Shown here piece by piece: positions 54,154 through 62,367 of a DNA stretch of 64,000 bases. Positions within the stretch are counted from its first letter, which is position 1; the number at the start of each line of letters is the position of its first letter. Below the pieces are notes generated by a model. It had not been told where the DNA came from. It worked only from the letters and a program-made list of their open reading frames with translations, and ran no database searches. This stretch comes from a virus, in IMG/VR virus record IMGVR_UViG_3300027970_000001, positions 75,211 to 139,210 of that record. The stretch is one strand, 5' to 3'. The position numbers and the translations under genes are program-made.

Positions 54154-54500
54154 CGACCTCGCCGCCTGCGCCTGTTCGGCTTCATCGACCCGCTCGACCG
54201 CATCAGGCTGATGAGCGCAATGATCACGCCCGTGAACCCAAGAAGCTCCATCCGCATCGCTCGCGCGTCGCGGTCCTGCTCGCGCAGCTCGGCAGCGGTC
54301 ACAGCCGGAGCCGGGGCCGGGGCCGACTCAGAGCCAGCCTCGCCAAGGTGCCAGTTGGTCAGGTAAGGAGGGACCGTCTGCGCCACCATGGGCGAGACCT
54401 GCCCGCGGAGCCGCTGCGGCTGGCCATAGTTCGCCCAGACCCACGGATTCATCACGTAGGCGGGCTGGTAGCCGAGCGACCTGTTCACCCTGTAAGACAT
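54150..54500 (-). CDS. virion-type C-anchored membrane protein
   Basis: MSYRVNRSLG; TM; MKPNRRRRRGR. Confidence 0.75.
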   Translation of the reverse strand: MSYRVNRSLGYQPAYVMNPWVWANYGQPQRLRGQVSPMVAQTVPPYLTNWHLGEAGSESAPAPAPAVTAAELREQDRDARAMRMELLGFTGVIIALISLMRSSGSMKPNRRRRRGR

Positions 54501-54973
54501 CAGTAGGCTCCGTGATGATAGTCGCCGAAGCCAGAGGTGCCCTTCGGCAGAGACGCCTGCGATCCAACAGGGGACGTGACATTGGGGACAGGGGCCGCCG
54601 CCGAAACAGGCGCGGCGCTGGCCGCCGGAGAGGTGGCCGACATCGCCATCAGCTTTGGCAAAAGACCGGCGGTGGGGGATCCGGGGGGCGCGGACGCAAT
54701 CTTGCGACCCATCTCCGAAGCGGTGAGCGACGCAAACCCATCGACCAGCGCCTGCTTTTCACCGTCGCTGAGGGTGCCCCAGAAGGTGTCAAATCGCTCC
54801 TTCGACACAGGCCGCTGATCTGACGCGGCCCACGGCCGCTTTTGGTAGGAGTCCCACCCGGCAGAAGCGCTGAGCTTCCCGCCGCCGGAAGCCATCCGGT
54901 AAACGAGATAGCCGCCTCCGACGACGAGCGCGCCAACTAGGAGAGTGTTGGCGGTATCAGGGTTCTTCCGCAT
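54500..54973 (-). CDS. N-anchored membrane protein (inverted arrangement)
   Basis: MRKNP, TM, C-terminal SGFGDY. Confidence 0.7.
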   Translation of the reverse strand: MRKNPDTANTLLVGALVVGGGYLVYRMASGGGKLSASAGWDSYQKRPWAASDQRPVSKERFDTFWGTLSDGEKQALVDGFASLTASEMGRKIASAPPGSPTAGLLPKLMAMSATSPAASAAPVSAAAPVPNVTSPVGSQASLPKGTSGFGDYHHGAY

Positions 54974-54974
54974 C

Positions 54975-55277
54975 TCACTTCTCCTGGGTCTCAAGCTCGG
55001 CGATCCGGGCCTTCATGCTCGAAAGCTCGTTGGCCTTCATCTTCTTGCTGCGCGGACGCCAGTAGCCAAAGTAGAACCACGCGCCGCCGACCGAGAGCGC
55101 GCCAGCGGCGAACATCGTCGCCGGGTGCAGGGCGAAGCTCTTGACGTTGTCGATGAACCCGGGCTGAGCCGGAGGCTCCGTCCCCATGGGGATGCCATAG
55201 AGAGGGTACGGTGCCATGCCGGCGACGGCAGGCGCCCCGCCGGAAGCCTGAGCTGCGTACTGAGCGGGGTTCATCAC
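54975..55277 (-). CDS. small membrane protein
   Basis: TM then KKMKAN. Confidence 0.7.
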   Translation of the reverse strand: MMNPAQYAAQASGGAPAVAGMAPYPLYGIPMGTEPPAQPGFIDNVKSFALHPATMFAAGALSVGGAWFYFGYWRPRSKKMKANELSSMKARIAELETQEK

Positions 55278-56737
55278 TTGCTCCTGCGGCTACGACGCCG
55301 CTTCTTGTTCGCCTTGAGACCGAGCGCGCTGCGCGTGTTGGCAACAACAGCGGCCGTGACCTCCTGGCCCTTCTTGGTGTGCGTCGCGATTGCCCAGATG
55401 GCAACGCCGGCCGCAACGCCTAGGGCCACGTTGCGCATGGTGTTGTCCTGCGCAATCGGAGCGGGGGCAGCGGGAGCGACGGGAGCAGGAGCGGGGGCAG
55501 CGGGCTCGCTGGCAACTTCACCCATGCCGGCGGCTGCGGGCGACTGATACAGCTTGGCGATGTCAGCCTTGGCCGCCGCCTTGTTCTTCGTCAGAGGGGC
55601 GAGGTTCTCGACCGCGCTCTTGCGGAGCTTGGCCTTGTTCTTCACCACGTGCGCGCCCATCGCATCGAGGCTGGGCAGACGAGTGCCCTGGCGGCCCGAG
55701 GACAGGTCCGAAATAGCCGCGTGCATCGCGCAGTGGGCAATCGTGTCCTCAAGCGCCTTCTGAGCGGGCATGCCCATTCGGATCATGCGCTCGGCCACCT
55801 TGTGGCACTTCTCGGCCATTCCGGGCCCAAGCGAGCCGATGGCCCGGACAAGGAACGCCTGGCGGTCCGCAGGGCTTGCCTTCGAGGCCGCCTCAAGCAG
55901 CACGACCGACGCAGCGTCGCGGCCGAACTTCTCGATGCGGCTCGATTGATTCATCATCACTGGACGGAGATGATTGGTGAACGGGCTGTAGGTCCGGTCG
56001 ATCATCGGGCGCCCGCGAAGGCGAGGCACCGTCGTCGAGAAGGTCACACCGCCGCCCGAGGGCTGAACGACGCGCCAGTTGTCGGCCACGACGTCGAACA
56101 TCTCGCTCTGCTGGGTGCCCAGCTCGTCCTCTTCGGCAATGTAGGCCGGGAACGCGTACTGGTGGGAGAACGAACCGTCCTCCGCGCGCCAGGTCACGCC
56201 TTCTTCCATCTCGAAGATGCCGTTGCCGATGACAGCGTCCGAGCCCGAGGCGAACTCGTAGCTCGTGCGGTCATACATCGTCTCCGGGTCGACGTCGGCA
56301 TTCGACGGCATCCTGTTCATCTGAGAAGGCTGGTACTGGCTGACCTTCATCACCGAGTCGACGGTGATCTCAGCCGCATCCTCATTACCAGACAGATCGG
56401 TCCTGGCCATCGACATCGGACGATACCCTCCGCCCGCTCCGGGCCCCCACGGTGAAGCTCCGAACGTCGTCTGCTGAGCGTCCGGGCCATCATATTCCGG
56501 CTCCATCTCGTACTGAGAGGTGCCTTCAACATCAGGAGCGGGAGCCGCGCCAGATCCTGGAGTGGACCGAACATCCTCCTGTAGGTCGTCATCCAGAAAG
56601 GTCCCCTCGGACGAGATGTCCGCGTAGTCCTGAATGTCGAGGTTTGCGTTGCCGCGCATGGTCGGAATCGCCATGTCGTCGCTACCAAACAGATCCAGAT
56701 CATCCAGCTCGTCGCTCATTGTGTCTCCGGCGCGCAC
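55274..56737 (-). CDS. acidic virion-type protein with C-terminal anchor
   Basis: AGMGE, TM, LKANKKRRRSRRSK. Confidence 0.75.
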   Translation of the reverse strand: MRAGDTMSDELDDLDLFGSDDMAIPTMRGNANLDIQDYADISSEGTFLDDDLQEDVRSTPGSGAAPAPDVEGTSQYEMEPEYDGPDAQQTTFGASPWGPGAGGGYRPMSMARTDLSGNEDAAEITVDSVMKVSQYQPSQMNRMPSNADVDPETMYDRTSYEFASGSDAVIGNGIFEMEEGVTWRAEDGSFSHQYAFPAYIAEEDELGTQQSEMFDVVADNWRVVQPSGGGVTFSTTVPRLRGRPMIDRTYSPFTNHLRPVMMNQSSRIEKFGRDAASVVLLEAASKASPADRQAFLVRAIGSLGPGMAEKCHKVAERMIRMGMPAQKALEDTIAHCAMHAAISDLSSGRQGTRLPSLDAMGAHVVKNKAKLRKSAVENLAPLTKNKAAAKADIAKLYQSPAAAGMGEVASEPAAPAPAPVAPAAPAPIAQDNTMRNVALGVAAGVAIWAIATHTKKGQEVTAAVVANTRSALGLKANKKRRRSRRSK

Positions 56738-56768
56738 TGTGACTCAAAAGTGATGCGTTGTGAAGCCG

Positions 56769-57461
56769 TCACTTTAGAGCGATGACGAGGCCGACGATTG
56801 CAATCGCGGCAACCCCGCCGCCGATGGCCAAGGTTCGGATCATGTCGGACCGAGCAGCAAGGCGCGCGGCCTCCTGGCGACCCTGAACTTCAGCAAGGCG
56901 GATGGCTTCGTTTGCCCTCGCGGCAGCCACCTGCGACTCCAGGGCGATCTGCTCCTGATTGCAGCCAGCCGTCTGAGCGGCTGCTGCGCTGCCCTGCATA
57001 AGGGCGCCGCCCTTTAGCAAGCCACCCGAGAAGGTCTCCGTGTACCCTGCAACGAGCTGGCTGCCGCCTGCGCCCACGATGCAGAAGCCTTTCTGGAGGT
57101 CCTTCATGAAGTCGGCGCCAAGGCCACCTCCAGAGAGAGCCTCTGCGCTGCGCTGAGCGGCGCTTGCCTGCAACAAGAAGGCGGTCTGATCTGCTAGGTG
57201 GTTTGCGATAGCCAGCCGGATCGCATCGAACATCGCCTGGCTGTCGCTGACGCCCGCTGCGAGCAGCCTGTCGTACTCGGCGCTGGCGGTCTTAGCCAGG
57301 CCGTTCGACACCTTGTTGACCTCTGACACGAGGGCAGCGCGGCGGCGAGATGGAGGCTTCTTGGCCACCGACAGCATGATGTTTGCCGCGATGAGAGAAG
57401 AGCGAGCCAGGATGGGATCGCTCTTTGCCGCAGTGCCAACTTTGATCTGTGCAGCCATCAC
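56769..57461 (-). CDS. helical C-anchored membrane protein; shares a domain with 55274-56737
   Basis: K.P..R.A.LV...G.A...R....G....A..D.I pattern; GGLG. Confidence 0.7.
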   Translation of the reverse strand: MMAAQIKVGTAAKSDPILARSSLIAANIMLSVAKKPPSRRRAALVSEVNKVSNGLAKTASAEYDRLLAAGVSDSQAMFDAIRLAIANHLADQTAFLLQASAAQRSAEALSGGGLGADFMKDLQKGFCIVGAGGSQLVAGYTETFSGGLLKGGALMQGSAAAAQTAGCNQEQIALESQVAAARANEAIRLAEVQGRQEAARLAARSDMIRTLAIGGGVAAIAIVGLVIALK

Positions 57462-57823
57462 TTGCTCCTCGAACGACGACGATTCTTCTTGACGGCGGGC
57501 TTTGCAAACCCCTGGCCCAGCGCGTAGGCGAGGGCGAGGGGGCCAAGCAGGCCGCCCGCGAGCGCCCAGAGCGCCGTCGATGTGACGTCGCTGGACCTCC
57601 GGTAGCCGTGGTAGGCAAGCGCCCCGGCAAACAGCGCGTTGACCATCGCAAGCGTGGCCAGACCGCCGCCCGCGAACACGCCAGACAGCCCGCCACTCTT
57701 GTCGGTGGACTCCTTGACGCGGAACACGGTCAGCGTCGGATCGACGGTGCTGACGGGGATGGCCCTCAGCCCCGGAAGGCCGCCGTCTTGAGCGTAGTAT
57801 CCACGTTGCGATTGCTGGCGCAT
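57458..57823 (-). CDS. two-TM membrane protein with Arg tail
   Basis: Ends VKKNRRRSRSK. Confidence 0.75.
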   Translation of the reverse strand: MRQQSQRGYYAQDGGLPGLRAIPVSTVDPTLTVFRVKESTDKSGGLSGVFAGGGLATLAMVNALFAGALAYHGYRRSSDVTSTALWALAGGLLGPLALAYALGQGFAKPAVKKNRRRSRSK

Positions 57824-57824
57824 C

Positions 57825-58385
57825 TCACACCTCGAAAATGGTGTACTGCTTCACCCGGTCGAGCATCTTCTGCGTGCGCCGCCCAGCAACCGGGTCGAGC
57901 ACGTACCAGAGCTTGGTCCGAGGGTCTTGGGCGCGGCAGAAGACGTGCGTGTGGGACTTCAGCTCGCCCATCCGGCGGGGCTGAAACCCGACGGTCACGA
58001 AGTTCACCTCAGCGCCGACGCATAGGCATCCGGCCGCGATTGCCGTGGCCATGTCATCGCAGTCGAGCGCTGAGACGCCGACGTTGATGTCGTCGATCAT
58101 CCGCTCCGGGTCTCGAATCATCTCGACATGCAGCGGGTCACGGGTGTATCGGCCCGCGTTGCCCCACCACCGGCAGATGGCGATGATCTCGGACTCGTAA
58201 GCCTTCGGCCGAACCCGGTTGACGATTTGTTCGGTGTGGCGCCGAACCTTGATTGAGCGCTCGCCGCGGTCGCCGCGAACTAGCTCGATCATCTTGGCAA
58301 CGGTGTGATCGGTGCCTTGATAGGGCTCCACCGTGCCAACCGCCTGGTTGAACGACGGAGCGTAGTTTTCGGCTCGTAGTCGCAT
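57825..58385 (-). CDS. transglutaminase-like (papain-fold) cysteine protease
   Basis: YTRDP...E...DP...LDCDD (Cys), THVF (His), VLDP (Asp). Confidence 0.8.
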   Translation of the reverse strand: MRLRAENYAPSFNQAVGTVEPYQGTDHTVAKMIELVRGDRGERSIKVRRHTEQIVNRVRPKAYESEIIAICRWWGNAGRYTRDPLHVEMIRDPERMIDDINVGVSALDCDDMATAIAAGCLCVGAEVNFVTVGFQPRRMGELKSHTHVFCRAQDPRTKLWYVLDPVAGRRTQKMLDRVKQYTIFEV

Positions 58386-58427
58386 GAGTCAGCCGGAGTG
58401 TCGCACGAAAGATACCGTCAGCGCAAG

Positions 58428-58769
58428 TCATCGACGGGTTGAAAACTTGTCCCCGTCGCGCACGTACACCTTCGGCTGCGAGCGCCCCTGGGCAACCGGC
58501 CTTGCCTCAGAATGCGGCTCGACCCGGATGTCGACCACCTTGGCTCCGTCGCGGGTGATGACCATCGCGAAGTGGCTGCCAGGTAGGATGGACATGGCCT
58601 TGAACAGGCGCGCGGGCATCGCGTAGGCGAGGGCGCCCGGGAACCGGACGATGGCCCGGTCTCCTTGAAACAGAGCGAGCGTGCCGACTCTGCGCTCCTG
58701 CTGGAGCTGAGCAGGGGCGCCAGCGGCTTCGGGTCGCCTCGGGCCAGAGTAGTTTCCGATGCCTTTCAC
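58428..58769 (-). CDS. small beta-barrel-like hypothetical protein
   Basis: TGg-TAGAAT 7 nt upstream of the GTG. Confidence 0.6.
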   Translation of the reverse strand: MKGIGNYSGPRRPEAAGAPAQLQQERRVGTLALFQGDRAIVRFPGALAYAMPARLFKAMSILPGSHFAMVITRDGAKVVDIRVEPHSEARPVAQGRSQPKVYVRDGDKFSTRR

Positions 58770-58776
58770 GGCGCGG

Positions 58777-58785
58777 ATTCTACCA
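58777..58785 (-). promoter_or_regulatory. extended -10 (TGg-TAGAAT) 7 nt upstream of start
   Basis: Forward attctacca. Confidence 0.65.
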
Positions 58786-58812
58786 CACGGCGGCCCGAGG
58801 CAACCCCTGTCG

Positions 58813-61293
58813 TCATCCGACGCGCTGCTTGAGCAAGGTCAGGGCCTCGATCGTGAACTGCTCGCCAGCGGGGGTGGCCCCAAGCGAGTTGGGCTCGCGC
58901 TCCTTGATGACGGCGACCAGAACCTTCGGCGGCTTGGCAGTCACCTGCTTCAAGATAGCCGGGGGCCACTGGGAGACCATCTTCTCGACGAAGTCTTCGG
59001 GATCGTCGCCGCCGGCCACGCTCTCGTGAACCAGCTTGGCGATGACGCCGATGGCCTGCTTTTCGATCTCGCTCAATGCGCCAGTATCCACTGCCTCAAC
59101 CTCCGTGGGCTCGCTGCTGCGCGAGGTCCTCTTGTTTGGCTGTGCGGGGACGGGCTGCGGACGCGGAGGCGGCGCGGCCTGTTCCTGCTCGGGTGCATCG
59201 TCGTCCACACCTTCCCACGGCGGACGCTGCTTGGGCAATCCGGCTCCGAGGTTCTGCGTGACGGCAACCCGCTTCTTGACGGGCTTGTTGGGCGCGGGAA
59301 GCAGGCCAGGCCGCTGACGCTGCTGCTGGATCTGACGCTGCTGCGCCATGAGCTGCTGATGGGCAGCCTGGGGCATCATGCCAAGTCCACCGGTCCGCGG
59401 ATCGGTCACGACGACCATCGGCCCCTGCGGGGTCTGAAGGACGTCGCCCACCTTGGGCTGCGGGGGCGGCTCGGGTGCCGCCGGAGCGGCGGCAGAGCCT
59501 CGGTTGGTGAGGGCCGCGATGATGGCGGGAAGGTTCTCGCCGATGCCCTCCATCACGGGCGACAGGGTGTCCTTGACCATCTCGGCCACGCCTCCGCTCA
59601 GGCCGCCAGAGGAGCTTGAGCCTCCGAGGGAGAATCCGCCGGAAGGGGCGGTGGCGGCGGTGGTCGCGGGAGCGGTGTCGAAGCCGAGGGCTTCCTTGGC
59701 GTACTCGCGCAGCTCCTTCATGCGCTGAATCTGCGAGAGCGGGTCGGAGTTGTCGGTGATCTTGGTCCGAAGCTCCTGAAGCTCGCCAAGCTTCCGATCG
59801 ACCTCGCCCTGGAGCCACTGGATGCGGCTCTCGTAGGTCGTCTCCATGGAGCTGATGCGTGAGCGGTACTGGGTTTCCAGGTTCACCGCCTGGGACTCCA
59901 TGCGTTCCTTCCAGGCGCGCTCACGCTCGTCCAGCATCTCACGGAACCGCTCCTGGTCCCGGCGGCGCTCCTCACGCTCGCTGATCAGAAGGGCCTCGAT
60001 GCGGCCCTCGCGACTGCGAGAGGACTCGCGCTCCGACTCGATGCCACGGGTGTGGGACTCACGCATCGAGGACTTCTCCTCTTCGTGCCCGCGCCGCATG
60101 GAGTCGATCATCTGCTGGTTCTGCGACCGGATGGCCTCCGTCTCGGAGCGGTGCTTTTCAAGCACGGACTCCATGATCCGCTCGGTGGCACGAGCCGCCA
60201 TCTCGTCGTTCTTGCCCATCAAGGGCATCAGCTCGCGCATCTCAGACGCCAGACTGGGGCGGTTCATCTCAATCGACTCCAGCTTCTTCTTGATTTCCAG
60301 CATTTCGCCGCGCTCGGAGGCTCTTGCCTCTTCGACGCGACGGATCTCGCGGTCGGCGCGCTCCCGCTCGTCCTTGAGCCGGTGCTCGTAGTGCTTGCGC
60401 TCCATCTCGCCGCGTTCCCGCTCGGAGCGCTGAATGTCATCGGCCCGCTTGGAGTACGCTTCGATGACCGGGCTCAGGACCTTTTCGGCCTGCGAGTAGC
60501 TGTCCTTGGCGTTGGACTCGGCCCTGCGGCGCTCTTCACGCTCGGACTCGGCGACTTCCGAGACAACCTTGAGGGCGGCCTCGACGATCTTGGGGTTTTC
60601 GGGCTGCTGCTGCTGATGGTAGTACATCTGCTGCTGCTGTTGCTGCTGCTGGGAGTGACCCTGGGCCTGAGCTTCGGCCTGGGGGTTGCCCTGCATCGAG
60701 CGCGGAAGGCGCTCGGCCTTGGGCTCGCCGGCAATCTGGACCTCAAGCGACTCGTACTGCTTGAGTTGATGCGGATCCTGCGGGTGAGGGCCCATCACCT
60801 TGATGCGGAAGGTGCCGCCGCCGTACTCGGAGGCGATCTGCTCCTCGACGAGGGGCACGTCCCACGAATCGTAGAAGCCATCGCTCTTGACGCCGCGAAT
60901 CAGCTTGGGCCAGGAGCGCCAGACCTGAATCTTGAACTCAGGGCGGCTTCCAACGCCGAACTTGGCGTACAGGTCGCCAAGCGTCTTGACGTTCTCGCTC
61001 GGCTTGGGGGCCGGTTCCATCGGCAACAGATCGGACACGTCCACGGCGGACTCCTTTTCCTTGCGCCGCTTGGACGTCTTGGGTTCCTGTGGCTCGGGTT
61101 CCGGCTCTGGCTCCGGCTCTGGCTCTGGTTCGGGCTCGGGTTCGGGCTCGGGTTCGGGGATGAACTCGGGCTCGGGGATCTCATCCGGCTCGGTGCGCTT
61201 CTGAGCCAGGCGACGCTTGGGCTTGCTCTGCCCGTTGCTGGTGCTGGCGCTCAGCACCTCGTCGATGTCGTCGAAGTCTTCCGACATCTTCAA
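58813..61293 (-). CDS. large coiled-coil protein with (PE)n and poly-Gln tracts
   Basis: Glu/Arg heptads; PE repeat near 61085-61170; no NTPase motif seen. Confidence 0.8.
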   Translation of the reverse strand: MKMSEDFDDIDEVLSASTSNGQSKPKRRLAQKRTEPDEIPEPEFIPEPEPEPEPEPEPEPEPEPEPEPQEPKTSKRRKEKESAVDVSDLLPMEPAPKPSENVKTLGDLYAKFGVGSRPEFKIQVWRSWPKLIRGVKSDGFYDSWDVPLVEEQIASEYGGGTFRIKVMGPHPQDPHQLKQYESLEVQIAGEPKAERLPRSMQGNPQAEAQAQGHSQQQQQQQQMYYHQQQQPENPKIVEAALKVVSEVAESEREERRRAESNAKDSYSQAEKVLSPVIEAYSKRADDIQRSERERGEMERKHYEHRLKDERERADREIRRVEEARASERGEMLEIKKKLESIEMNRPSLASEMRELMPLMGKNDEMAARATERIMESVLEKHRSETEAIRSQNQQMIDSMRRGHEEEKSSMRESHTRGIESERESSRSREGRIEALLISEREERRRDQERFREMLDERERAWKERMESQAVNLETQYRSRISSMETTYESRIQWLQGEVDRKLGELQELRTKITDNSDPLSQIQRMKELREYAKEALGFDTAPATTAATAPSGGFSLGGSSSSGGLSGGVAEMVKDTLSPVMEGIGENLPAIIAALTNRGSAAAPAAPEPPPQPKVGDVLQTPQGPMVVVTDPRTGGLGMMPQAAHQQLMAQQRQIQQQRQRPGLLPAPNKPVKKRVAVTQNLGAGLPKQRPPWEGVDDDAPEQEQAAPPPRPQPVPAQPNKRTSRSSEPTEVEAVDTGALSEIEKQAIGVIAKLVHESVAGGDDPEDFVEKMVSQWPPAILKQVTAKPPKVLVAVIKEREPNSLGATPAGEQFTIEALTLLKQRVG

Positions 61294-61838
61294 CCCTCGT
61301 CGTTGCCCCCGCCGTCCTTGTCGCTGCTCGACTCGGAGGCGCTGTCCTCGTCCTCTTCCTCGTCTTCGTCCTCATCCTCGTCGTCCTCGCCGACGCCCAT
61401 GAGCTGGGCGGTGAGGCGGCCGAGAAGCTCGGCGCACGAGTTGAACGCCGACTGGACCTCCTGGTCCTCGGGCAGCTTGGCGACGAGGATGGTCTGAAGA
61501 GCGTAGAACGCCTGACCAAGCTCGCTCAGAAGCTCCGTGTCCACGCCCGGAAGCTCATCGCCAGCGTCGATGCCCGCGCCAGCGAAGGCACGCTGCGCCC
61601 ACTCCATCAGGCGCTGGGCCTGGTTGGCGTTGTTCACGGACAGATTGTAGTTGTCCACGAGACCCTCGGCGAAGAGGTCCACGATCTGGGCAAGGCGGGG
61701 GTACAGGAACTGCGCGACGAACTGCCGAAGCTGAGCCGGGTCTTCAAACGCCTTGGTCTTGAGGAGGCGCTTGCGGTCCTCGGCGATCTCGCTCTTGAGC
61801 TGCTGGAAAGCGGGGGGCATCTCGATCTGATCGGTCAT
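61290..61838 (-). CDS. helical protein with acidic tail
   Basis: GGGAGAAGAGAG RBS-like tract; DEDEDEDEEEDED. Confidence 0.7.
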   Translation of the reverse strand: MTDQIEMPPAFQQLKSEIAEDRKRLLKTKAFEDPAQLRQFVAQFLYPRLAQIVDLFAEGLVDNYNLSVNNANQAQRLMEWAQRAFAGAGIDAGDELPGVDTELLSELGQAFYALQTILVAKLPEDQEVQSAFNSCAELLGRLTAQLMGVGEDDEDEDEDEEEDEDSASESSSDKDGGGNDEG

Positions 61839-61851
61839 CTCTCTTCTCCCT

Positions 61852-62367
61852 TCAGAGGTCCACGTCTGCGCTGGTCCTGGCCGCCTCTTCGGCGGCACTC
61901 CTCTGCCTGCGCTCGAAATCAGCCAAAATGGCCGCGCTCTTGGCGTCCACCGGCTTTCGGGCCGTACACGCATGCACGGGCACCGAGCCAAGCTCCATCA
62001 ACTCAGCAGCCGTCGACAGCTTCGTGCAGAAGCGCCGCACCTGCATCAGCTTGCGCTTGAGACCCTTGGCCACTCCATCGGCATCGGTCAAGAAGGCGAC
62101 GTAGAAGTCGCACGGCGGCCGTCCCGACGCGGCGTCCGCCGCGCAAACGAGATTGTCGGCCGTCAGGCCCTCGTCGGCCTCCGGGGGCGCCCCCGGTGCC
62201 ACCATCACCCCGCCGTCCTTGGCCGGAACCATCGGCAAGTAGCCGGTTTCGATGTACTCGGACGGATCCGTCGCCATGGGCTTCTGGACAGGCTTTTCCA
62301 GCTCTCCAGCGGCATCGGGGTCCGAAACCTCGGCGAAAACGCCCTTGTTCAGCTTGCTTTCGGTCAT
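61852..62367 (-). CDS. hypothetical protein with four spaced Cys
   Basis: First gene of the minus-strand block; TAGGTT 9 nt upstream. Confidence 0.7.
   Translation of the reverse strand: MTESKLNKGVFAEVSDPDAAGELEKPVQKPMATDPSEYIETGYLPMVPAKDGGVMVAPGAPPEADEGLTADNLVCAADAASGRPPCDFYVAFLTDADGVAKGLKRKLMQVRRFCTKLSTAAELMELGSVPVHACTARKPVDAKSAAILADFERRQRSAAEEAARTSADVDL

Noticed and set aside
58813-61293. Tape measure, SMC or packaging ATPase call for the coiled-coil protein
   Set aside because: No Walker A/B motifs, no TM or tape-measure repeats, and no tail genes
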